A stretch of DNA of 64,000 nt, taken from NCBI GenBank assembly GCA_964270895.1, contig OZ185439.1; one strand, written 5' to 3'. Position 1 is the first letter of the stretch, and each line of letters begins with the position of its first letter. The stretch is from Podarcis filfolensis (taxonomy: Eukaryota). The position numbers and the translations under genes are program-made. The notes under the pieces are model-generated. The model did no database searches, had not been told where the DNA came from, and worked only from the letters and a program-made list of their open reading frames with translations. Below, in pieces: positions 25,801-35,675 of this stretch.

Positions 25801-26446
25801 GATATGCACATAAGTTATTGCACTTTGCTAATTGCTATTTTATTTTAAGTATTGTGCCTAATCATTCCTGATATCAGATTTGATTTTTGTTTTTTGTTTT
25901 TTGAGGGGGAAGGGTTCATTGTTACAACATACTGGGGCACAACTACATTCACCAAAAATAGAAAAATATTAATGTTCAAAAACTGGTGAACCCTGGTCTG
26001 AAACCAGCATATTTCTCTACCAATAGTCTAGAAACTTTTACCTTTTGTAAATAAGCAACATTTTGACTTCCTGTGCATCTTTTCTAACTGCAGTACAGAA
26101 AAGCACATTTGAAGTGTTATGTAGGTATACCATTTTGTGACTTATCAGCTGTGTGGTCTACTCTATGCGAGGGAAGTGGAAAAGCTTAGAAAGAGCTTTT
26201 AAAAACCAAATGGCCATACCCTTATTTGGTTTCCCATAACTACATTAAGTCTAGTGTAGCTATCATTTGCATGTAACAAAGTATGTAGCTAAATCTGTGT
26301 AGCCAAATCTCAGTGAGCCCAAGCAAAACTTTGGGTTAGCTTATGCTCTCTTTCCCCTCTTCCTGCCACACAGTCAGGTGGAAACTATCTTGCAAGTTTA
26401 CTTTCAGTTTCAAAGAAGATTGGCAAACTAGGAATTTGGTTTAAAA

Positions 26447-26582
26447 CAGGCATAGGCAAACTTGGCCCTCCAGATGTTTTGAGACTACAATTCCCTTCAT
26501 CCCTGACCACTGGTCCTGTTAGCTAGGGATGATGGGAGTTGTAGTCCCAGAACATCTGGAGGGGCAAGTTTGCCTATGCCTG
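26447..26582. mobile_element. Palindromic 136-bp hAT MITE
   Basis: TIRs CAGGCATAGGCAAACT...AGTTTGCCTATGCCTG; perfect 8-bp TSD GTTTAAAA (26439-26446 and 26583-26590). Confidence 0.92.
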
Positions 26583-28457
26583 GTTTAAAACAAACAGTGG
26601 CTACTTGCTAAACAAGCCAACTTGAAACCATAGGTTTGGTAGTTGGTTTGTTTAGCTAGCCATTGTTTATTCTAAACTAGGGTTCCTTGTTCAAACACAT
26701 CGCTAAACTGGAATTGTTTGAAACAGAAAGTAATCTTGGCATAAGCTCTCCTCTGAATTGTGCTGTAGGAGAAAGAGGCCATGTCCAAGGTTTCGCTGGG
26801 GTGCGCTGAGGCTCATCCACTTAGCACCAAACATGGTTTCCTATTACACATGCACCAACCCACTGTGGCAGAAATGGGTTAGCGGGGGCGGGGGGGCACA
26901 GGTTTTTGATATTTTGATACCATGGTGTTAAGAGCGTTCTAGATTACTTTCACATTTTTTACAAGTAAAAGGGGCAGTAACTGCAAAATCTTGGGGGTGT
27001 GTGTGTGTGCAGAATACTGTCTCAAAGAAAAGAGCAAGAGTTCAATCTTGTTAATGTACAGCTGCAAGGCTTGTTTTAGTTAGAGGGGAATGGCGCAGAA
27101 TTTCTCAACTGCATCTCATGTTTCCTGATTCAACCAACCTGTAAATTGAAAGCTTCTAATTTATCCACATAAGCAGAACCTTTACATGGGGTTCAGGGGC
27201 TGGTTGGGAGATGGATTGCAAGAGTGGGCCTTGAATTGTAGCAGCTTAGTATTCTTGCCACCTCACAGTTGTTCATTAAGGCATGCACAAGTATGGGTAG
27301 AATTCCATTGGGTGGAGCTTACAAAACAGATCTTACAAAGAGCACCAGGCTATTGTTACAAATAGCAGCCTTGTGACGAGCTCCCTTCGGCCTCTCCATC
27401 ACATCCAGCTCAATTTGCCACAGTCCTACCACAGTTACATAGCGTATTTTCTTTCCCCAGCTCCCCATAATGGCTGACTGGGTGGGGAAATGTTTGTCAT
27501 AATGATATGGAGACATAACTCTTAAGACACTGAAAAGTTACAGTAAGTATAATAAGGTCTGCTTGCCACTAAATAAGGCAACATGCTGAAATTCCCTTAG
27601 CATATTACAAATAATATTAATTGAGCATCATTTTGAGGCTTCACCTACCTCACCTTTCCTTTTCCTTTTTCACTATATATTTCTTAGCCAAGAAAATTCC
27701 CCATAGCCTTCCTTTGCTGTATTGAAAGGTCTTCCTGCTGCTCTTATTCATAACAAATTCAAGTGAATTCTTTCCTCCCCTCAAACATCACATATAGGCT
27801 TTCTGACAAGCTGCTGGCTGTTGTTATGGCTGTTCCAAACTCCTTTGCATTTGACCTGACCTAATAATGACCTGGCAGAGAAAAACGAATCTGTCCCTGC
27901 TCACCAGAGTTTCACGTTTATTAACATCTTGATTGATGCGAGTTGATTTCCCCCCTTCACGTTCAGAAGGGGGGGGATAGAGACCACCTAAAATGTCATT
28001 CTGTATTCCAAGATCTACTCTGCATGTGGAAGGAAAAGATTCTTATGGTCAAAGGAGCCATTTTATTTATTTTTTTTATAAGATATTTATTAGGATTTTA
28101 CAAAAAATAAAAATTAACAGATTAAAAAGAAGAGAAGAAAAAAGAAGAAAAAATACAAAAAATACATAAAAAAAGAAAATATAAAATACAAAAAAGAAAA
28201 AAGTAGAAAAAGTTAAAAACAAATCGATTTTTTTCATATCTTTAAACTCGTTTGCTTGTTTCCTTGACCTCCTCACACCTCCCTTTTTTGTATTCCCGTT
28301 CACATAGTCAGTTCAGCAAATCCTTACCCTCTTTCATTTATCTTAACTCTATATCTTAACATATTATAACTGTGTATTTTCATCCATTATCAGTCCACTT
28401 TTACATAGTCTTATTAGCCTTGTTGCTAATGCCACTTAATTTCAATCCAACATCATT

Positions 28458-31400
28458 TTAACATTCATAAATTTTACAGTATTTCTGCAAATAGTCTTTA
28501 AATTTCTTCCAATCTTCTTCCACCAACTCTTCTCCCTGGTCTCGGATTCTGCCAGTCATTTCCGCCAGTTCCATATAGTCCATCACCTTCATCTGCCACT
28601 CTTCCAGTGGGTAAATCTTGTGTCTTCCAATACTTTGCAATAAGTATTATTGCTGCTGTTGTAGCATGCATAAAGAAAGTTCTATCCTTCTTTAGCACCA
28701 ATTGGCCGACTATGCCCAGGAGAAAGGCCTCTGGTTTCTTCAGGAAGGTCTATTTAAATACCTTTTTCATTTCATTATAGATCATCTCCCAGAAAGCCTT
28801 AATCTTTGGGCACGTCCACCAAAGGTGAAAGAATGTACCTTCATTTTCTTTACATTTCCAACATTTATTATCGGGCAAATGATAGATTTTTGCAAGCTTG
28901 ACTGGTGTCATGTACCACCTGTATATCATTTTCATAATATTCTCTCTTAGGGCATTACATGCCGTAAATTTCATACCTGTGGTCCACAACTGTTCCCAGT
29001 CAGCAAACATAATGTTATGTCCAACATCTTGTGCCCATTTAATCATAGCAGATTTAACTGTTTCATCCTGCATATTCCATTTCAACAGCAAGTTATACAT
29101 TCTTGAAAGTATCTTAGTTTTGGGATCTAACAGCTCTGTTTCCAATTTTGATTTTTCCACCTGGAAGCCAATTTTTTTGTCCAAATTATAAGCCTCCCTT
29201 ATTTGATAATAGTGAAGCCAGTCTCGCACTTTGTCTTTTAATTTCTCAAAACTCTGCAATTTCAATTTGTCTCCTTCTTGCTCCAAAATTTCCCAATATT
29301 TCGGCCATTTGGCCTCCATATTGAGCTTTTTCTGAGCCTTTGCTTCCATCGGTGACAACCACCTTGGGGTTTTATTTTCAAGTAAGTCTTTATATCTTAT
29401 CCAGACATTAAACAATGCTTTCCTGACAATATGGTTTTTAAATGCTTTATGTGCTTTAACCTTGTCGTACCACAAATATGCATGCCACCCAAAAACATTA
29501 TTAAAACCTTCTAAATCCAGAATGTCTGTGTTATCAAGAAGCAGCCATTCTTTCAACCAGCAGAATGCTGCTGATTCATAATAAAGTTTAAGGTCTGGCA
29601 GGGCAAATCCACCTCTTTCCTTTGCATCAGTTGGTATTTTAAATTTTATTCTGGGCTTCTTGCCCTGCCAGACAAATCTAGAAATATCTCTCTGCCACTT
29701 CTTGAAACAGTCCATTTTGTCCAAAATTTGCAATGATTGAAACAAAAATAACATTCTTGGCAATACATTCATCTTTATAACAGCAATTCGACCCAACAAG
29801 GAAAGCTTCAAATTTGACCATATTTCTAAGTCCTTTTTCACTTCTGACCAACATTTCTCGTAGTTGTCTTTAAATAGGTTTAAGTTCTTAGCAGTCATGT
29901 TAACCCCCAGGTATTTTACTTTCTTAACCAATGTTAGACCTATCTCCTTCTGAAACCTCTCTTTCTCAATCGGTGTTAAATTTTTCTCAAGAACTTTAGT
30001 TTTTAACTTGTTCAACTTAAATCCTGCCACATGACCAAATTCTTGAATCAGTTCTAATACTCTTTTAGTACTAGATTCTGGCTCCTGTAACATCAATACT
30101 AAGTCATCTGCAAAAGCTTTCAATTTGTATTGTTTGGCTCCGACCTGTATACCTTTAATCAGACGGTCCCTTCTAATCATATTTAGCAAAACCTCCAGGA
30201 CTGAAATAAAAAGCAATGGGGAAATTGGGCAGCCTTGTCGTGAACCTTTCTCTATCTTGAATTCCTCTGTCACCACATTATTAACTACTAGTTTAGCCTT
30301 TTGTTCTGAGTAAATTGCACTTATACCATTTTCAAACCCTTGACCAACCCCCATCCCCTGAAAGTTTTTCTTCATAAAACTCCAAGAAATATTATCAAAG
30401 GCTTTCTCCGCATCTACAAAGATTAAAACTGCTTTAGTATTGATGTTCACTTGCAACTTCTCCAAAATGTTAATTATATTCCTCGTGTTGTCAGACAAGT
30501 GTCTACCTGGGAGAAAGCCGGCTTGGTCCTTATGTATTTCTTCCACTAATACTTTCTTTAATCTTTTAGCCAAAATATCAGCAAATATTTTGTAATCCAC
30601 ATTGAGCAGGGATATGGGGCGATAGTTCTTAAGTTGTGTCTTTTCAGACTCAGTTTTCGGTATAAGCGTAATATAGGCTTCCTTCCACGACTCTGGCGCT
30701 TTTTTCCCCTCCAAAATTTCATTACAGACCTCCTTTAGTGGTTGAATTATCCAATCCTTCAAAGATCTATAATATTTTGAGGTTAAGCCATCCGGCCCTG
30801 GAGATTTGCCCAACTGCATATTCTGGATGGCACCTTCTACCTCCTGTTCTGTAATTTTATGGTTCAACATTAACTTGTTTTCTTGAGAGATTTTTTGTAG
30901 TCCATTTGTTTTTAGGAATTGGTCTATATCAAACTCTTTCTGTGGCCCTTGTGTATATAACTGTTTAAAATACCTCTGGAAGCATTTTCTAATTTCGACT
31001 GGATTCTGAATGTTCTTTCCTTCCACTTCCAAATTGGTAATAGTATTGAGCTTTTGTCTTTTTTTTCATTTGCCAGGCTAACAATTTTCCACATTTATTA
31101 GCCGATTCAAATGTCTTTTGTCTCATTTGTTTAATTTTCCATTCGATTTCCTGATTCATCATCTTCATATATTGCACTTGATATAACTTTATATCTCTCA
31201 GAATCTCTTGTGAATTTGGTTTCACTCTCAGTTTCTTCTCACCCTCTTTTATTTTTTCCAAAATTTTATCTTTTTTCTCATTTTGAGCTCTCTTCTTTAT
31301 TGCATTCTGTTGAATCAGAAACCCCCTCATAACTACTTTGCTTGCGTCCCAGATTACTCTTTTTTCAGTAGTGGTGTTCAAATTTATCTCAAAATAGTCT

Positions 31401-32194
31401 CTCAAGGTTTTTTGGGCCTTCTTGATAACCTCTTGATCTCTAAACAAGGTGTCATTCATCCTCCATCTGAAGGAACCAGTTGGTGTTAATTTCATCTCCA
31501 TTTTCACAGCATTATGGTCGGAGCAAGTTTTAGGGCAAATTTCCACTTTTCGAGTCTTAGGTGCCAGTCCTCTAGTTATCCAGATTTGGTCAATTCTTGT
31601 CCATGTCATTTTGGCTTCAGAAAAGAAGGTTCCCTCTCTACCCAAGGGATTCTTAGTTCTCCAAATGTCAATCAAGTCCATATTGTCAGTCAATTCAAAA
31701 AAGGTTTTTGGTAGTCTGCCATCTTTTGTAACTACCTGTCTCTGCGACTTGTCCATGTTTGTAGATACCACTCCGTTCATATCTCCCATCATGATAATGT
31801 TGTAATCCATATAGTCTAACAATGTCTCATGCAACTTCTTAAAAAATTCAGATTTCCCCTCATTTGGTGCATATACTCCTACTATCAAAAATGTTTCTCC
31901 TTGTGTCTGAATTTCGATTGCCACAAATCTTCCTTGATCATCTTTAAAAACAAATTTCAGTGATAGGCTCTCTTTTGCATAAATAACTACTCCTCTCTTT
32001 TTAACCTTGTCCGATGAGATAAACTCTCGGCCCAATCTTTTATTAATCAATACTTTCCTATGTAGCCTTATCACATGTGTTTCCTGTAAACAAATCAAGT
32101 GCAATTGTTCCTTTTTCAATAAATGAAAGACTTTCTTCCTTTTCTCCGGGGAATTAAATCCATGAATGTTCCAACTTAATAGTTGCAGAGACAT
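28458..32194 (-). pseudogene. L1 ORF2p (APE endonuclease + reverse transcriptase + CCHC), disrupted
   Basis: APE motifs WNIHG, LQETH, GDMN, RID, SDH; RT motifs QGCPISPLLF and FADD; CX2CX8HX4C knuckle CWKCKENEGTFFHLWWTC. Lesions: frameshift in an A8 run (31059-31066; A7 restores MKKRQKLNTITNLEVEG), TAG at 28752-28750, and a frameshift near 28610 (QDLPT joining to LEEWQMKV). Natural stop TAA at 28460-28458. Confidence 0.93.
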
Positions 32195-32201
32195 GGTGTA
32201 T

Positions 32202-33281
32202 TTATTTTGCTTCTCCTCCGACTGCTCCCAATAATTGTTCTTGTTCTGATGGTCGTATCACTTTCTCTAGCTTGTCCAATCCCAAAGGTAGTGGTGCTAT
32301 GTTTTGTATTCCTGGTTTTAAAGCTCTTGGCTCTTCTTCAGCTTCTTTTTGCAGGTCTTCTTCGTGTTCTCTCAGAAATTTTTCTTTATATTCCACTGAT
32401 CTTATTTTAAACTTATTCCCTTTAAAGGTAAAAGATAGGCCTTGGGGGAATTCCCACCTAAAAGTGGTTCTGTTTCCTCTCAACAGGGCCACCAAATCTC
32501 CGTAGTTAGACCTAAGGTCCAAAAGATGTTTCGGGATGTCCTTAAATATCTCCACTCTTGATTTGTTTATTTCCAAGGTATTCTGGAAGTGCAGACTCAG
32601 TATTTTGTCTCTCTCCTCTTTTGATCGGAGGGTAATCAAACAGTCTCTCACCCTGTTCTTTTTCCCTCCTCTTCCAAGTCTAAAAGCACTTACTATCTTG
32701 AAGTCTTGTTTATCATCCAGGTTCCAAAAGTCTGCAAATTCCTGTGTAAGAAAATCACTTAGGCTGTCTTTTTCAAGTTCAGGTACCGCCCTGATCCTCA
32801 GATTAGTCTGTTTCTCCTTCAGTTCAATCATAGACAAAAGTGACTGGTGGTCCCCCAACTGTTTACATATCGGTGTTATCTTTTCCTCTACAGCCGCTGC
32901 TTTTTCCTTTGCTTCCTCAGCTGTCTTTTGATTCAAAGTAGATTCTTGCAGCAGTTTTTCAATGGATTCTGTATTTGAATTCACCTTCTGCCCCAAGTTG
33001 TTGATGCTAGTAGTATTTTGGTCAATTTTAGTTGTTGCTTCAGTCACTTGTTTGCTTAATTTTTCCAAGGTTTCATAAATTTTACTTAATACTGAAGTAA
33101 ATCCCTCTTCAGATGCCATTCCTTTTGACCCAGCTTGTACAGGATCTTCCCCTTGTGGTGCAGAAGGGCCGGATGCAGATGCTCTGCGCTTCAATGCTGC
33201 ACTGGTCTGCTGCAGTCTGACCTTGCCCGATCTTGTTGTTTTTTCCTGAGTCAAGTTCTTTTCCTGAGGCAAGTTTGCCAT
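32202..33281 (-). CDS. L1 ORF1p (RNA-binding chaperone), 359 aa, intact
   Basis: Coiled-coil-like N-terminal half; RRM-type motif NLRIRAVPE; CTD-type motifs IFKDI and FRWEFPQGL. ATG start, TAA stop, 7 nt before the ORF2 ATG. Confidence 0.9.
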   Translation of the reverse strand: MANLPQEKNLTQEKTTRSGKVRLQQTSAALKRRASASGPSAPQGEDPVQAGSKGMASEEGFTSVLSKIYETLEKLSKQVTEATTKIDQNTTSINNLGQKVNSNTESIEKLLQESTLNQKTAEEAKEKAAAVEEKITPICKQLGDHQSLLSMIELKEKQTNLRIRAVPELEKDSLSDFLTQEFADFWNLDDKQDFKIVSAFRLGRGGKKNRVRDCLITLRSKEERDKILSLHFQNTLEINKSRVEIFKDIPKHLLDLRSNYGDLVALLRGNRTTFRWEFPQGLSFTFKGNKFKIRSVEYKEKFLREHEEDLQKEAEEEPRALKPGIQNIAPLPLGLDKLEKVIRPSEQEQLLGAVGGEAK

Positions 33282-33915
33282 AACACTTTATCTGAGGATC
33301 AAGGTCAGTCCCACGGCCAAAGCTTGTTTTGCAGTGGAAATTTCCCTAGCTAGTTAGAAGTGGAAAATTCCCCAACTAGTTGTAGCAATTTCAGTGTTCC
33401 TCTAGGGAGACACAGTAACAGTCAATGATATTGCAATAAGGTATCTTTTCCAACTTTCCAAAGTCCCCCCTTCAACAAAATATGCAACAGTCTCAAGTCC
33501 AAAGAAGCCCTTCAAAAAGTATCTCACTTGCAGAGTTAACTGTCAAAAAGTTACATTGTCCATAAATTAGTGCGACTCTCAATACAGCAATTCTATTGAT
33601 CCTGGCAATCCGTTCCCAAGGATTAAGTGGTGGTCTTTATTCCCTTTTCTCTCCTTCTTTTCTTTTTTTGCAGGCAAAAAATACTTTCCCCTCTTCCCTC
33701 CCCTCTCCTGCAGTTCAGGGAGGGAGTTCTTTTAATTTGACGTTAGGATTTAAGTCTTTTTAACGCAACTCTCCAGGTCTTAGCTTAGACGGTCTTTGCT
33801 TTGATCTGTATACAGAAAACGGAAGGCGGACTTCCTGTTTACGCCTTCCCGCTTCAGTGCCAAATTAATCCTCTTTTTTCTTAAATTCCCCAATCTTTAA
33901 ACTTGACCTACTCAC

Positions 33916-34243
33916 GGGTAGTTGTTTAGTAGCCGAATTGTCACAGGAAAAAGGTCAGCGTTCTCCGGCAACAGCTACGCGGCTTCACTCCACGGAAGAA
34001 GCAATTGACTCTCAGCACCGCGCCAGACTCCCCGTTTCACTCCGGAGCCCCTTGCAGGGTTCCCTCGCAAATTGGGGGGGCGCTAAAGGTGCCCGCCGAG
34101 TCCCACGGTCACAGGCTTCACCCGCCTGTGATTTCAAAGGGGTCCCCGCTTCGCCGTAGCGGACAAGACCCAATTTCCGTGGAGCTACTCCCTCAGAACT
34201 AGAGGGAATCCGCCATTGCCGATGGCGCCGCCTCCGGAAGTCC
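33916..34243 (-). promoter_or_regulatory. L1 internal Pol II promoter region (CpG-rich 5' UTR start)
   Basis: CpG-dense first 300 nt or so; YY1-like motifs CGCCATC and AATGGCGG within the first 35 nt. Promoter function is inferred from known L1 biology. Confidence 0.6.
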
Positions 34244-35540
34244 CAAAGGAGCCATTTTATGCCAGTTTCTCATATTCAGCCTTTTATGAGAGACATGGAA
34301 TTAGGTGATTTCCTCCCATCTGTACCCCCCCCCCCACTGTAGACTTGGGTTCTTAATATGTCCCATTTGAGAAGGTCTGTCTTCTGCACATCCTGGAGAC
34401 ATACTGAGAGGGCTGAATCAGATCTTTGAGTTTGTGGCTGTTGACTGTTTTCTTCAACCTATGGTGGGCTCAGCAAAAGTCATAGAACTTTTTGCCCGAG
34501 AAGCAAAAATGTCAACTTGACGCCCTCCCTCCCACCCTCCCTCCCACCCAGTGTCAAATCCAAAGGGTGGTGAGGACAGGAATCAGCCAGGACTGGTGAG
34601 ATCCTTCAACCTCCAAACTGCTGTCATTCTCACCCTGCATCAGGTACTTAAAAAGGTCAGAGGAGGCATGAAGGAATGTCTTGTTCACATAACATTTGTC
34701 TCCTAGATTAAGGAGGCCCACTGAAGGTCTTCTCTGATTCCCCCCCAAAAACATACACCCTTGAGTCACACTGCCCCGACCAGAGCTCATTTCATAACAT
34801 GAGAGACGGAGAGAGATAAGAAGCAGAAAAATTTCACGCTTGGGGAATCTGCTTCCTGAGGTTATTGCTTCCCAGCAAGGTTGGCCTTAATTCCACTAGG
34901 TTTGATATATATGGTGAGCAAGGAACTGCTGCAGGCCTAGGAGAAAAGAGGCTACCCTGAGCCTGGTGGCTTTGTGAATCAGACCTCATCTCAGTACATT
35001 TCCATAAAATAGGAGGCTGAGACTAGTAATTTCAAGCTCCCCGGTGTTAAAAGTTTTCAGAGATGCATTGCTCTCCACTCCTCTTTAATTATACCCTTGG
35101 TATTACACCAACTTAAGAACCTATATTAATGCTGAACTATATCTCTGTGGAATCTGATTATTTAGCATGTGAGTAATATGGGGGCAATGTTCCTCCTGTG
35201 ACACCCTTGCCATAGAATGGATGTCCTATGCACCTTCGTGTGTAGCACTGACGTACACTGGTCAGCTACCTCAGGCCAGTAAATCCCAGCCATACAGCAT
35301 TTCTGAAGGCCATATTGCCTATTCCTGCCAGGGACACTGTGATAATGGAGAAGAGTGGTTTTGGCATCTCCTGATCAGAAGCTGCAAGCTGGCTGTGATT
35401 TCATATTTCCTGAGTGATAATCCAGTTAGACTTTAGCTACCTAGCCAGTAACAGAGAAGCACCAGCAGGATATCTTTGTTTTCTGTTTTCAGCTTGAGTG
35501 TACTGGCTGGAGGGATGTGCCAGCATAGGTTGAAGGCTAT

Positions 35541-35675
35541 GGATCAGGCAACGTGGTGCCCTTCGGCTGTTGTTGGAATACAGCTCCCATGATCCTCAGG
35601 CAATATGGCCAATGTCAAGGATTATGGGATTTGTAATTAGTCAGTGTTTGATGAGCACAATATTGGCCCCCTCTG
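35541..35675. mobile_element. Older related hAT MITE subfamily
   Basis: caggcaacgtggtgcccttcggctgttgttggaatacagctcccatgatc. Confidence 0.55.

Larger units (their letters stand above)
28067..34243 (-). mobile_element. Full-length L1-clade LINE retrotransposon (about 6.2 kb)
   Basis: Perfect direct repeat CAAAGGAGCCATTTTAT at 28050-28066 and 34244-34260 (TSD of 15-17 bp; TTTT/A endonuclease-type site). Sense strand starts GGGACTTCCGG with a CpG-rich 5' end, then ORF1, ORF2, a U-rich 3' UTR, AATAAA and an A-rich tail. Confidence 0.97.

Noticed and set aside
28750-32194. Programmed ribosomal frameshift joining endonuclease and RT ORFs
   Set aside because: L1 ORF2 is a single ORF, and removing one A from the A8 run restores a continuous frame. 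A mutation or assembly error is the simpler explanation.
33938-34159. 73-aa antisense ORF in the L1 5' UTR resembling primate ORF0 in size and position
   Set aside because: Starts at TTG, has no recognisable similarity, and open frames of this size are expected in GC-rich DNA.
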